Shown in pieces: positions 8,378 through 18,110 of a stretch of DNA of 35,206 bases. Under the pieces are notes generated by a model. The model did no database searches and had not been told where the DNA came from. It saw only the letters and a list, made by a program, of their open reading frames with translations. The DNA is from a bacterium (lineage in GTDB: Bacteria; Patescibacteriota; Saccharimonadia; Saccharimonadales; UBA4665), in NCBI GenBank assembly GCA_021846095.1, contig JAJZCO010000001.1, positions 1-35,206 on the forward strand, in the 5' to 3' direction. Position 1 is the stretch's first letter. Every line of letters starts with the position of its first letter. Position numbers and translations under genes: made by a program.

Positions 8378-8899
8378 ATGGGCCCATTATTGAAGCTAGA
8401 AGATCAGTTAGATAAAATAGTTAATAAAAGTCTCCCTCCACTTCCTAGTAACGCTAAGAAGTTTATGGTAACTATTGCTCCATGGGTTGCGCTAATCGGA
8501 GGAGTATTATCTTTATGGAGTGCGTATGCTTTATGGAAATGGGCACACACACTTTCTTTAATCAATAATTATACAAAAGCATTAAATTCAATGTATTCTA
8601 TGTACGGTTATGGGTATAGAGCTCCAAACAGTGTCGCCCAGATGTCTATCATGATGTGGATTGCTATGATTATTATGTTAATAGAGGGAGTTATCTACTT
8701 ATTAGCATTTTCAGGTCTAAAAAATCAAAAAAAATCAGGTTGGAACCTGTTATTTTATGGTTTAGTAGTTAATGTTGTTTATGGAATTGTAATGATATTT
8801 ACAAACTACGGAGGAATGGGAACATTCTTAGGATATTTAATTGGTAGCTCAATCGGCGCTTACTTTTTATTTCAAATTAGATCATCATATAGTAAATAA
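8378..8899 (+). CDS. Multi-pass membrane protein, function unknown
   Basis: ORF track. RBS AAGGAG at 8367-8372, 5 nt before the ATG. About 4 predicted TM helices. Confidence 0.65.
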   Translation: MGPLLKLEDQLDKIVNKSLPPLPSNAKKFMVTIAPWVALIGGVLSLWSAYALWKWAHTLSLINNYTKALNSMYSMYGYGYRAPNSVAQMSIMMWIAMIIMLIEGVIYLLAFSGLKNQKKSGWNLLFYGLVVNVVYGIVMIFTNYGGMGTFLGYLIGSSIGAYFLFQIRSSYSK

Positions 8900-9208
8900 T
8901 AAAATCTAAAACCTGGTATTTTAGCAAACTAGAAGAAAAGATTATGTCTAGTTATTATTCTACCGATACTAGAAGGACTAAGACTATAGCCATAGTCTCT
9001 TTTTAAAATAATAACTAACTTATACTTTAAAAGCGCTAAATTAGCCTTACGGAGTTTTTTAACAATACCTAAAATATCAGTAGGCCGACGAACATTATGG
9101 GGACGAGACGAACGATACTCTAAGCCAATTAATCCTTGTCCTTGAGATCTATTCAAATAAAAATAGGAGGTTTTACGAACTATCCCAAAGTGATGATAAG
9201 TTAACCTA

Positions 9209-10302
9209 TAGCTCTCCCAAAACAAAACCTGCTAAAAGCTATAGTTAAATGTTCTGTTATTGATGAAGCTTGTAAAAGCTTCTTTTGTTTGTGTAAAACT
9301 TGAATATTGAACATTTGAAATAGCTTGTTTGGTTACTCCCCAAACATGTTCTATGGGGTTATGGTCTGGAGCATAGGGAGGCATAGCAATAAGATGAACT
9401 TGTTCAAGAAGTTTATCTTTTGCTAACTCTTCTCTAATAAGCTTACTTTTATGGAATGGAGCATTATCCCAGACAATACAGATCTTTTTATTGGAGTAAT
9501 TATCTAAAAACAACTTATATGCGTTTAATACTTCTGCACTGTTTTGCCAAGACATCTCAAAGACTTCACACTTAAAGTTCTTTTGGTTTAAGAAACCAAT
9601 ATAACTTTGAGACTCTTTATTACGATTAACTTTAATAATTGTTTTCTGACCTTTTTTGAGCCAAGCTCTTCTAGTAATAGCCTCTTGATCCATTCTAACC
9701 TCATCAACCGCAAAGACTTCCCAGGAATCATCTTTTAGTAATGGTTTAAGCTCTTTTTTTATATCATTTATTCTTTCCTTAATGAATACCTCATCTCGTT
9801 TATGGTCAAACTTATCTGGATACTTAAAACTGAGGTTAGAAAAGGTTAATAAAAAATGATATGAGCTTGTTGATTCATATACTATTCCAAACGTAGCTTG
9901 AATATATTGTTTTAACTGGGGCACATCCCAGAATTCCTGAGGTAAGCCATAGTTAGATGGAGATGATTGAAGTACTAGCTTAATTTCCTCTTGTTGAACT
10001 TTGGTTAATTTACCAGCATTGTTATTATCTTGATGTCCTGTGAATAGACTAGCTATTCGATGTTTATGCCAATCATTAAGCCATAAGGATATGGTTCTTG
10101 GTTGACGTTTCATAGCCAAACCAATGGTTTGTTTAGAAGTGCCACCATAAGCCAGTAATACAGCATAGGCCTTGAGTTGTACTAAAAGTAATGGTGAGGT
10201 TTTTGCATAATCTTGCAATAAGACTATTTCTTGATTTGTGATATTTATTTTTGTCATACCTAAAGCATAACAAAAAATGCAGGTTTTGTTTTGGGAGAGC
10301 TA
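9209..10302 (-). mobile_element. Intact IS630/Tc1-mariner-family insertion sequence (about 1.09 kb)
   Basis: Perfect terminal inverted repeats: gctctcccaaaacaaaacctgc (9211-9232) and gcaggttttgttttgggagagc (10279-10300). Each is flanked by tata, consistent with the TA target duplication typical of IS630. A single 341-aa transposase ORF fills the element. Confidence 0.85.
9232..10257 (-). CDS. IS630-family DDE transposase
   Basis: 341 aa with an N-terminal HTH region. DDE_3-like residues: FAVDEVRMDQE, CIVWDNAPFHKS, PYAPDHNPIEHVWG. Confidence 0.85.
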   Translation of the reverse strand: MTKINITNQEIVLLQDYAKTSPLLLVQLKAYAVLLAYGGTSKQTIGLAMKRQPRTISLWLNDWHKHRIASLFTGHQDNNNAGKLTKVQQEEIKLVLQSSPSNYGLPQEFWDVPQLKQYIQATFGIVYESTSSYHFLLTFSNLSFKYPDKFDHKRDEVFIKERINDIKKELKPLLKDDSWEVFAVDEVRMDQEAITRRAWLKKGQKTIIKVNRNKESQSYIGFLNQKNFKCEVFEMSWQNSAEVLNAYKLFLDNYSNKKICIVWDNAPFHKSKLIREELAKDKLLEQVHLIAMPPYAPDHNPIEHVWGVTKQAISNVQYSSFTQTKEAFTSFINNRTFNYSF

Positions 10303-10530
10303 TAGCGTTATTGCTATGTGAGTAATAGTAATCTATCCATTTTAATCTTAATTTAGCTTCCTTAGATAAACTTACTGTTTGTTTTATACTACCAAGCTTA
10401 GGAACAATAGTACCAATTCTGGTATAAACTCCAGTATGCATTGAAACCTCCTTTAGATACTTAAATTATATTCTAAAAGTGGCGCCTATGTATCTGAACC
10501 TGGACACACTATTAAGTAACTAGAGCTAAC

Positions 10531-10977
10531 TTAGACTGATCGATGAAGGAAAAAATTTACCCAAGCCTGAATATTTTTTTGCCAGATAGGTTGATTAGAA
10601 TTATTATTAACTTTGGTTATTACACTATTTGGTGGAGTAACCACATAACTCATTGCAACACTATTCGGAACAATTAGCTCCGTTTCACCGGGATTACCTA
10701 AACCAAAATTTTGCCTAGCCGACAATTCAATATATTGTTTAGAGTTATAATACTGATTCTCTAGAGCTAAATTATTATTCTCTAGTTTTTGCACCTTAAC
10801 TTCTTCATTTAGTTTTAAAATCTGTTTTTGCAAATTATAATTAGTTTGAATTGTTTTAACCCCACTCCAACTAACCATTAAAACTATCACTACAAATAAG
10901 ACTTGCCCACTAAATTTAATGTCCTGAAATCTAAATAGAAAATTTTTAATTATTTTTATGTATAGTTTTAAATTCAT
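10531..10977 (-). CDS. Septum formation initiator family protein (FtsB/DivIC-like)
   Basis: N-terminal TM, a coiled coil (LQKQILKLNEEVKVQKLENNNLALENQYY), then the conserved YIELSARQNFGLGNPGETELIV motif. Confidence 0.7.
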   Translation of the reverse strand: MNLKLYIKIIKNFLFRFQDIKFSGQVLFVVIVLMVSWSGVKTIQTNYNLQKQILKLNEEVKVQKLENNNLALENQYYNSKQYIELSARQNFGLGNPGETELIVPNSVAMSYVVTPPNSVITKVNNNSNQPIWQKNIQAWVNFFLHRSV

Positions 10978-11033
10978 GAATAACTTTTAATTAATGTTGT
11001 CTTTAAACATTATATAACTTTTCTATATATATC

Positions 11034-11042
11034 TGGTATAAT
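11034..11042 (+). promoter_or_regulatory. Extended -10 element (TGgTATAAT) upstream of tRNA-Met
   Basis: tggtataat at 11034-11042, 55 nt before the tRNA. No good -35 box. Confidence 0.3.
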
Positions 11043-11097
11043 GCTACCTGTTAATCGTTATAATTATAAAAGAAACTTTAACAACAAAATATTATTT

Positions 11098-11173
11098 GGG
11101 GGCGTAGCTCATCGGTTAGAGCAGGCGGCTCATAACCGCTTGGTAGTTGGTTCGATTCCAACCTCCCCCACCA
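11098..11173 (+). tRNA. Elongator-type tRNA with CAT anticodon (tRNA-Met, or tRNA-Ile2 if lysidinylated), CCA encoded
   Basis: GGGGGCGTAGCTCATCGGTTAGAGCAGGCGGCTCATAACCGCTTGGTAGTTGGTTCGATTCCAACCTCCCCCACCA folds as a cloverleaf. The 1:72 G-C pair and the C11:G24 pair are elongator-type. There is one C6/U67 mismatch. Confidence 0.9.
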
Positions 11174-11280
11174 AACCAGTTATTTTTGTTAAAACCCAAA
11201 ATATTATACTTAGAAACTTTAAAACCTGTTTATAATACGCATTTAATACTAATGGGCAACAATATTCCCATATATCTTAA

Positions 11281-12231
11281 TCATATTATTTTTTTCAGAA
11301 TTTTAAGGGCTTCATCCGGAGTATGAATAGACATAATCTGAGTCCTAAGTTCATTGGCACCATCAAAACCGTTAATATACAACTTAGCAAATTTAAATAA
11401 TTGCTTAAATGAACGTTCATTATGAATATAAGTTAATTTAAAAAGTTCGATGTGTTTAATAAATAGTTCTATTTTCTGATTAACTGGATAGCTTAACCAC
11501 GGACTATTTTTCGAAAACACGAACGGATCTTTTAGAGCCCCTCGACCGATCATTAATCCATCAAGTTGATATTTTTGAGCCAATAAATCGCCCTGTTCTC
11601 GGCTATCTATATCGCCGTTACCAATAATTAAAACATCCACCTTTTTTTGATCTCTAATTTGCCTAATATGGTCAATAGTATTCCAATCAACCGGAGATTT
11701 ACTCATCTGTTTTCTAGTTCGACCATGAATTGTTAAGGCCGAAATTTCAAAGTCAAGCAAAAATTCTGGCCAAGAAATATCAACTTCATTAAAACCAATC
11801 CTGGTTTTAATACTGACTGGTAATCCTTTTGCTCCTTCGATCGTGGCTAAAATAATTTTTCGAGCTAAATCTCGATTATTAATCAAACCCGAACAACAAC
11901 CATTTTTGACTATGGCCTTGTCGGGACATCCCATATTAAGATCAATACCATCAAATCCCATATTCTTAATATCTGTGGCAATTTTTTTAAAATTAACTGG
12001 TTCTTTACCCCATAACTGGGCCACTATCGGCTTTTCAGTAGAATTATAAGCAAGCTTAGACAACAATTTATCTTTACCCGAACTAACCAAACCATCAACG
12101 TTCACAAATTCAGTAAAATAGAGGTCGGGTGGAGCTAAATTATTAATTATCTGACGGAATACCGTATCCGTCACATCATCCATGGGAGCTAATACATAAA
12201 AAGGACGAGGTAATTTCTGATAAACAGACAT
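11281..12231 (-). CDS. tRNA-dihydrouridine synthase (Dus family)
   Basis: VLAPMDDVTDTVFRQI, GFDGIDLNMGCP and LTIHGRT motifs. The ATG at 12231 is preferred over the track's TTG at 12243. It lies 2 nt after the permease stop. Confidence 0.85.
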   Translation of the reverse strand: MSVYQKLPRPFYVLAPMDDVTDTVFRQIINNLAPPDLYFTEFVNVDGLVSSGKDKLLSKLAYNSTEKPIVAQLWGKEPVNFKKIATDIKNMGFDGIDLNMGCPDKAIVKNGCCSGLINNRDLARKIILATIEGAKGLPVSIKTRIGFNEVDISWPEFLLDFEISALTIHGRTRKQMSKSPVDWNTIDHIRQIRDQKKVDVLIIGNGDIDSREQGDLLAQKYQLDGLMIGRGALKDPFVFSKNSPWLSYPVNQKIELFIKHIELFKLTYIHNERSFKQLFKFAKLYINGFDGANELRTQIMSIHTPDEALKILKKII

Positions 12232-12233
12232 TC

Positions 12234-13346
12234 TTATTCCCAACGAAATACTTGAAAAGCAATAATATAAATTATTATGAACCAGCCAAAGACTAAGCCT
12301 AATTGAGGACCAATTTGTAGTAAACTCTTCCCTTCAGTAGTCAATAATCGTAAACCGTCAATAACTGGAGTAAGTGGTAAATAAGTAGTCACATTTTGAA
12401 GCCAAATTGGCATATCAAATCTTGGGAAAAAGGTTCCAGATAAAAATAACATAGGGAAAACTATAATATTACTTAATGGAGCTGCTTGTCGTTCATTTTT
12501 GGCCCAACCACCTATCGCCAACCCTAAGCCTAAAATCATAAAAATACTTAAGACAGTAAAGGTAGCGATATAAAACAGATTACCATTAATCTTCAGGTGG
12601 AAAAAAACGATAGCAACTAAGAACTGGAGGCCTACCGAACATAAACCAATTATTGATTGAGATAACATAGTAGCAATAAAATACTGCCAAACTTTTAAAG
12701 GTGTAGTGTGTAACCTTCTTAAAATACCTTGCTTTTTTAATTCAGGAAAAACATTAACCGGACCAAATATACCAATACCGATAATAGAAAAACCCAACAA
12801 ACCAGCAAAAGTATAATCAAAAGTGGTTAGGCTGTGGTTATTTAATTGTTGAGAATTAACCTTAAAGTCTGGCGTATAATTAACATACTTGCTATTTAAA
12901 TGTTTTAAGATTGAATCCTGAATAAGTGATGTAATAGTTTGACCAGCCACCGTTGAATTCTCTGAGTATAGCAATTGGACCGTCCCCTCTGGTTGATTAG
13001 TAAGTCTATTAATTACCCCAAAATTCTTGTTAAATAAAATCGTCGCATCGATCTGACTGTTGATCATAGCTTGTTTAGCACTCGATAAGCTTGTAACAGT
13101 CTTATTAACTTTAAAAACTTTGTCGTGGTTAATAGTTTTTACCAAATTAGTTGCTGCAACGGAAGAAGATTCGTTAATAAGAGCCACATGAAAAGAAATA
13201 TTATTATTACCCTGAGATAATGCACCAAAAACAAATAGAAATATTAATGGAAACAAAAAACCAAAAAATAAAGCTAATTTATCTCTAAAAAATCTTTTAG
13301 TATTAATTTTAGTAAAAATAAAAACAGTTAGTAATTGTTTTTTCAT
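12234..13346 (-). CDS. ABC-2 type transporter permease
   Basis: N-terminal TM, a large extracytoplasmic loop, and 5 C-terminal TMs. Directly abuts the ATPase gene. Confidence 0.8.
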   Translation of the reverse strand: MKKQLLTVFIFTKINTKRFFRDKLALFFGFLFPLIFLFVFGALSQGNNNISFHVALINESSSVAATNLVKTINHDKVFKVNKTVTSLSSAKQAMINSQIDATILFNKNFGVINRLTNQPEGTVQLLYSENSTVAGQTITSLIQDSILKHLNSKYVNYTPDFKVNSQQLNNHSLTTFDYTFAGLLGFSIIGIGIFGPVNVFPELKKQGILRRLHTTPLKVWQYFIATMLSQSIIGLCSVGLQFLVAIVFFHLKINGNLFYIATFTVLSIFMILGLGLAIGGWAKNERQAAPLSNIIVFPMLFLSGTFFPRFDMPIWLQNVTTYLPLTPVIDGLRLLTTEGKSLLQIGPQLGLVFGWFIIIYIIAFQVFRWE

Positions 13347-14105
13347 TTAGTCCCGTAATGCCTTCCCTGTTAAATCAATAAAAACATCTTCTAGATTAGC
13401 CTGCTCGATTAGTACTTCTTTTTTAAAACCTTTTTTAACTAAATTCGTAATTAAATTACTAGGAGTATCAAGAGCAACGATTCGACCATTATCCATGACT
13501 GCTACTCTGTCGCATAATAATTCGGCTTCATCCATATAATGAGTAGTCATAATAACCGTCATACCTTTATCTCTGACTGCTTTAACTAAATCCCATAAAT
13601 TACGCCTGGCTTGAGGATCTAGTCCGGTAGTTGGTTCATCTAAGAAAAAAAGTAAAGGATTATGGACTAAGGCAGCAGCGATACTAAGTCGTTGTTTTTG
13701 ACCACCACTTAAAGTCTCGGCATAACTATTAGCTTTATCAATTAAACTAACTTCTCCTAATAGTTTCAATGAATCTGTTTTTTCACCATAAGCAGCGGCG
13801 AACATTTCAATAATTTCTTTAATTTTCTGTTTATCTTGAAAAGCAGCCGTTTGAGGTTGAACGCCAATAATACGTTTGACGGCATCGACCTGAGTAGCGA
13901 CATCTAAATTATTAATGGTAATATGGCCACCGTCAATGGATCTGATTGTTTCAATCATTTCCAAAAGAGTTGTTTTACCAGCTCCATTCGGACCTAAAAT
14001 ACCGAAAATTTCACCCTTATAGACCTCGAAGGAGACATCATTAACAACTGGCTGATTATTATAACTTTTAGTTAGATGAGAAATTTTTAAAATAATATTT
14101 TTCAT
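13347..14105 (-). CDS. ABC transporter ATP-binding protein
   Basis: Walker A GPNGAGKTT, signature LSGGQKQRL, Walker B LFFLDEPTTGLD. The ATG at 14105 is preferred over the TTG at 14120. Confidence 0.9.
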   Translation of the reverse strand: MKNIILKISHLTKSYNNQPVVNDVSFEVYKGEIFGILGPNGAGKTTLLEMIETIRSIDGGHITINNLDVATQVDAVKRIIGVQPQTAAFQDKQKIKEIIEMFAAAYGEKTDSLKLLGEVSLIDKANSYAETLSGGQKQRLSIAAALVHNPLLFFLDEPTTGLDPQARRNLWDLVKAVRDKGMTVIMTTHYMDEAELLCDRVAVMDNGRIVALDTPSNLITNLVKKGFKKEVLIEQANLEDVFIDLTGKALRD

Positions 14106-14130
14106 AATAATTAACCCCAATTATAACACA

Positions 14131-14163
14131 AGACTCAGATAAACAGATTATCTGAGTCTTTTT
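14131..14163. terminator. 12-bp-stem hairpin between two minus-strand genes
   Basis: agactcagataa (14131-14142), acaga loop, ttatctgagtct (14148-14159). The T-run lies on the plus strand and an A-run on the minus-strand side, so the functional orientation is ambiguous. Confidence 0.4.
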
Positions 14164-14176
14164 AAAACTTAAACTA

Positions 14177-14374
14177 TTATTTATTTCGCTTAATAGTCAA
14201 GAAACCATTGCGTGGGTTTTCATTAACTGAAAAACCGGCTGGTAAATCACTACCCTCTGGTCGTTGATCCTTTGAAAAATAATAGATAGTTTGATTCTTG
14301 CCGCCTCTTAAAGTAACATCCTTAGAATTTAAGTAGTATGTTACGCCCTTAGAATTTGTGTGCTTATAAGCCAT
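14177..14374 (-). CDS. Small conserved hypothetical protein (65 aa)
   Basis: ORF track. MAYKHTNSKGVTYYLNSKDVTLRGGKNQTIYYFSKD...NPRNG resembles a widespread small-protein family of unknown function (recollection only). Confidence 0.55.
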   Translation of the reverse strand: MAYKHTNSKGVTYYLNSKDVTLRGGKNQTIYYFSKDQRPEGSDLPAGFSVNENPRNGFLTIKRNK

Positions 14375-14594
14375 TTAACTTACTCCCCTCTTAAAATATT
14401 AATGTAATCTTAACATACTCTGTTATATTATAGCTTGTCAACCCTTTAATTTAATTAACCCCATCTAGCCAGTAAGAACGCCACTTATTCACAGCTAAAT
14501 ACTAGATTTTAGTGAAATAACTCTTGCCATTTATTTTTGACTGATATACACTAATCTAATAGTAACCATAAAAAGAATTAAGGTGGAGTAAAAA

Positions 14595-15278
14595 ATGGAT
14601 TTTTCAAATCGTACCAATCAACAGTCAAACGTAGCTTCATCAGCTCAACAACCAACTGTTGGAAACCCAATATCAACAAACTTTAAAAAAATGGGTAGTC
14701 GTGTTAATAACGATCAGAACAAACTATTCCGAATCATATCATCGGTATTGGTTCTAGCCGTAGTTATCCTAATAATCGGTCTCTTGGCCTACTTAGTCTA
14801 TGGTAAAAATAATAGTAATAATGAAACTTCATATATTAATACTACAAAATTACAGGCTGTCTTTTTGAATACCGGTCAAGTTTATTTTGGTAACTTAAAG
14901 ACTATTAACAATAATTACTACATCCTAGATAATATTTTCTACTTACAAACCTCAAATAACGGTAGTAGTACTGCATCTAGTTCATCATCGACTGCTGCTA
15001 ACACAAATGTTTCTTTAGTAAAGTTAGGTTGTGAATTACACGCACCATATGATCAAATGGTTATAAACTCTAGCTCAGTTACCTTCTGGGAGAACTTAAA
15101 GCCAACTGGTCAAGTAGCTAAGGCTGTAGCAGCTTTTGAAAAAGCAAATCCAAATGGTCAGACTTGTTCAACACCATCTACAACCGCAACAAATAGTGGT
15201 AACACGGTCAACACTACCACACCAACAGCTAATGGTTCTAACTCAACAGTTACTACCCCAACAACAACAAAACCATAA
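14595..15278 (+). CDS. Membrane-anchored extracytoplasmic protein with a Ser/Thr-rich tail
   Basis: RBS AAGGTGGAG upstream. TM helix LFRIISSVLVLAVVILIIGLLAYLV. Thr/Ser/Asn-rich C-terminus. Confidence 0.7.
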   Translation: MDFSNRTNQQSNVASSAQQPTVGNPISTNFKKMGSRVNNDQNKLFRIISSVLVLAVVILIIGLLAYLVYGKNNSNNETSYINTTKLQAVFLNTGQVYFGNLKTINNNYYILDNIFYLQTSNNGSSTASSSSSTAANTNVSLVKLGCELHAPYDQMVINSSSVTFWENLKPTGQVAKAVAAFEKANPNGQTCSTPSTTATNSGNTVNTTTPTANGSNSTVTTPTTTKP

Positions 15279-15300
15279 TACAAAATTAACATAAATTAAT

Positions 15301-15330
15301 AAAAAACCTCCCTCTCCTGGGAGGTTTTTT
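15301..15330 (+). terminator. Rho-independent terminator (symmetrical, A-tract and T-tract)
   Basis: aaaaaaCCTCCCtctcctGGGAGGtttttt, 22 nt after the stop of 14595-15278. Confidence 0.8.
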
Positions 15331-15732
15331 AGATAACAGCTTTCAATGACCCATCATTGCTTCTAGGCATATTAAAAAACAAGATTTAGTACTCACTTAA
15401 GACTTTGTCCTGTCGTTTAGATTAAACTTAAATTATGTATTTTTAAATAACATTAAGGATATGCCTACTTAGTTATCAATACAACTCCTCTAAGATACTA
15501 CTACCGTTATTTAGGTTAAGGCCAGCCACTTTTTTACCAAACAAAACACGCAATAAATTAAGTTCTACCTATAAAAACAATTACCATTACTGATAAAAAT
15601 ATCTAGCCTAATAGCCTACAAATCGAAACAATAGTCCTTATGAAAGATAAATACGTCACTAAGTCTAAGTTATTTAATCACTTAAAAGGCTCTAAAATAC
15701 AGGCATGATTGAAGTCGGTAATAATTACTGTT

Positions 15733-16350
15733 TTAGGAATTTTTGGATCTTTTTATCCAAAGTTTAGCTAATCCAGTAATAGATCCCAGTAATAGAAATA
15801 GGGTGCCAAATAACAAGCTATAACCGGCTAAATCGGGCGACCAAACGGGAGAAATAAAATCAAATTCATATAAACTAGCGCTAATTGGACTCGCTTTAGC
15901 ACCATGGGTCTGAACATATTGTTCAATACAAGGCACCCTAATTTTACCCGAAAAGCCAATTGTACCGATTGGAATTACTGTTTGACAATAATTTTCAGCA
16001 TCAGTGTATAAATTAACATTAGTAGCCGCCACATAACTATCTTGAGCTGAAACTAATCTCTGATAAGTATATTTCAGTTGAATCGGTGGGTAAACCGGAT
16101 TAGATCCAGAACTTAAGTTTGTATTCATATGAGCTGTTACATAAGCCTGTAGTTTATCTAAGGCGGCCTGAACGTTGTTATTATTTTTATCGGCGATATA
16201 AACCTGATTCCTAAGATTAATCATTGTTTCATTATTAGTTCGAAGAGCCCCAACGCCTATGGCTAAACAGATTAAGGCTATGATGAAAAAATATCTAGCT
16301 TTAAAGTGTTTGAAATAATGTCTGTAATAATACCAGCCTTTTTTATTCAT
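15733..16350 (-). CDS. Hypothetical membrane protein (N- and C-terminal TM)
   Basis: ORF track. TMs YFFIIALICLAIGVGAL and YSLLFGTLFLLLGSITGLA. Confidence 0.6.
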   Translation of the reverse strand: MNKKGWYYYRHYFKHFKARYFFIIALICLAIGVGALRTNNETMINLRNQVYIADKNNNNVQAALDKLQAYVTAHMNTNLSSGSNPVYPPIQLKYTYQRLVSAQDSYVAATNVNLYTDAENYCQTVIPIGTIGFSGKIRVPCIEQYVQTHGAKASPISASLYEFDFISPVWSPDLAGYSLLFGTLFLLLGSITGLAKLWIKRSKNS

Positions 16351-16421
16351 ATAATTTATTATGTCATATTAAAGCCCGATATAGCTTGATAAATGCAATT
16401 AAATTATAGATACTAGAGGTT

Positions 16422-17738
16422 ATGCATGTATATTTCTCAGGGATAGGTGGAGCTGGTATTGGACCACTAGCTCAGATAGCTAAAGCTGCTGGTTTAGAAG
16501 TCAGTGGATCGGACAAAAGAAATAGCCCCTATATTGAATACCTTAAAAAACACGGTATTAAAGAGATTCACATTGGTCAAACTACAGAAGAAATATCAAA
16601 GATTCATCACAAAAATCCGATTGATTGGTTGGTATATAGTTCAGCTGTTACCTTAGAAAATGATCAGCCACCTGAACTTACTTTTTGCCAAGAACAAGCT
16701 ATTAAAGTTTCTAAAAGAGATGAATTTTTGACCCATTTTCTTAAAATAAATAATCTAAAGATGATTGCCGTCGCTGGTACCCACGGTAAAACAACAACTA
16801 CCGCCATGACAGTTTGGCTACTTAAAAAAATAGGCTATCCAATTTCTTATATTTTACCAGCCAAAGTAAATTTTGGTGATATGGGTGAATTCAATAAAGA
16901 CAGTGCATATTTTGTTTATGAAGCTGATGAATTTGATCATAATTTTTTGTCATTTTCCCCGGCTATTAGTCTGATAACCGGTATTGGCTGGGATCATCAA
17001 GAGATTTATCCAACCAGACAAGATTACTATACCGCTTTTAATCAATTCATTAATCAATCTACTAAAACTTTTATTTGGCAAAAAGATAAGACCATAAGTA
17101 ACATTACTGCTTCGAAAAACACTACAGTCTTAAATGAAAATACCACAATTTTAAATAAAATAAACCTTTTAGGCACATCCAACAGACAGGATGCCTATTT
17201 AGCCATCAAAGCTGTCCAAACTATCAGCAAAAAAAGTGATGATGAATTAATAGAAATAATAAATCAATTTCCTGGATTATCTCGTCGAATGGAACAAATT
17301 ATTCCAAATTTATATTCCGACTACGCTCATACTCCAGAAAAAATTACAGCTGCCCTTAATGTTGCTAGCGAACTAGCCCAAAAACTAGCTAAAGAAAATA
17401 AAAGTAGCGGTAAAATAATTATTATTTATGAACCACTAACAAATCGCCGACAACACTTTATTAAAAACCAGTACTCTAAACTATTTTCTACGGCTGATCA
17501 TATTTACTGGGTACCAAGTTATTTAGCTAGAGAAGACCCCACTCTAAAAATTTTATCACCCAACGATCTTATTGAATATTTAGATAATAAAACCGTAGCA
17601 AGTGTGGCCAAACTAGACCATAATCTATTGAAGACTATTAATGATCATTTAAAAAATAATGACCTAGTTGTTGCAATATCTGGTGGTGGCGGTAATAGTT
17701 TAGACGATTGGTTACGTCGTTATTTTAATCGTGATTAA
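16422..17738 (+). CDS. murC: Mur ligase, UDP-N-acetylmuramate--L-alanine ligase family (MurC/Mpl type)
   Basis: N-terminal FSGIGGAGIGPLAQIAKAAGLEVSGSD and the ATP site AGTHGKTTTTAM. MurC cannot be distinguished from Mpl by eye. Confidence 0.7.
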   Translation: MHVYFSGIGGAGIGPLAQIAKAAGLEVSGSDKRNSPYIEYLKKHGIKEIHIGQTTEEISKIHHKNPIDWLVYSSAVTLENDQPPELTFCQEQAIKVSKRDEFLTHFLKINNLKMIAVAGTHGKTTTTAMTVWLLKKIGYPISYILPAKVNFGDMGEFNKDSAYFVYEADEFDHNFLSFSPAISLITGIGWDHQEIYPTRQDYYTAFNQFINQSTKTFIWQKDKTISNITASKNTTVLNENTTILNKINLLGTSNRQDAYLAIKAVQTISKKSDDELIEIINQFPGLSRRMEQIIPNLYSDYAHTPEKITAALNVASELAQKLAKENKSSGKIIIIYEPLTNRRQHFIKNQYSKLFSTADHIYWVPSYLAREDPTLKILSPNDLIEYLDNKTVASVAKLDHNLLKTINDHLKNNDLVVAISGGGGNSLDDWLRRYFNRD

Positions 17739-17956
17739 TGTGGGCTCTTACTATAGGCGACTATCGATAAGCCGATCAAACTCAACATGACAAAAACTAT
17801 AATGGCCAGGATCAAACCGTTACCGTTAGAAGACTTCTGTTTAACTGTGGTCGGAACTTTTATATTATTCAAGGGTTGAGCATTATTGGGTGCTATATTA
17901 TTATTTTGAGTCGCTGGAGCTACTTTTATATCCTCAATTGGTTTTTGATTATTCAT
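17735..17956 (-). CDS. Small tail-anchored membrane protein
   Basis: ORF track. Asn/Pro-rich N-terminal part and the C-terminal TM LILAIIVFVMLSLIGLSIVAY. Its stop overlaps the murC stop in a shared TTAA. Confidence 0.5.
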   Translation of the reverse strand: MNNQKPIEDIKVAPATQNNNIAPNNAQPLNNIKVPTTVKQKSSNGNGLILAIIVFVMLSLIGLSIVAYSKSPH

Positions 17957-18110
17957 AAAGTAATTTTATCATAAACTTTACTCGACTTATGCAAAATCAG
18001 TTAGTTCAAAGTGGTAAGTGAACCGGTCGGGTGAAACTGCTCAAACCTCATAGATAATTTAAGACTCTTTTTTTCGGAATATAATTTATATAAAAGGAGG
18101 TTTTTTATTT

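Larger units (their letters stand above)
8929..10441 (-). pseudogene. IS481-like transposase N-terminal (HTH) region, split by the IS630 insertion and lacking the catalytic domain
   Basis: Fragment A, 10303-10441 (RBS AAGGAGG at 10447-10453): ...SKEAKLRLKWIDYYYSHSNNA. Fragment B, 8929-9208: LTYHHFGIVRKTSYFYLNR..GLIGLEYRSSRPHNVRRP...SLSPSSIGRIITRHNL. Joined, they resemble the IS481-type HTH region with its RSSRPH motif. The halves are 1 nt out of frame after conceptual excision. No rve domain follows. Confidence 0.55.

Noticed and set aside
8929-10441. Programmed -1 frameshift as the explanation for the out-of-frame halves of the IS481-like ORF
   Set aside because: The frame change falls inside the HTH region exactly at the IS630 insertion point, not at an orfA/orfB junction, and there is no slippery heptamer. 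Decay is the simpler explanation.
11041-11235. 64-aa ORF
   Set aside because: It simply reads through the tRNA-Met gene at 11098-11173.
11843-12049. 68-aa plus-strand ORF
   Set aside because: It is antisense inside the well-supported dus gene.
17735-17738. Convergent genes sharing overlapping stops in a TTAA tetranucleotide (also at 28599-28602)
   Set aside because: The overlaps are real, but they are best read as genome compaction in AT-rich DNA rather than a regulatory feature.
17754-17764. An 11-mer taggcgactat shared with the cassette's left TIR
   Set aside because: It is a single short match inside a coding region, and the neighbouring bases do not extend the similarity. This is compatible with chance.
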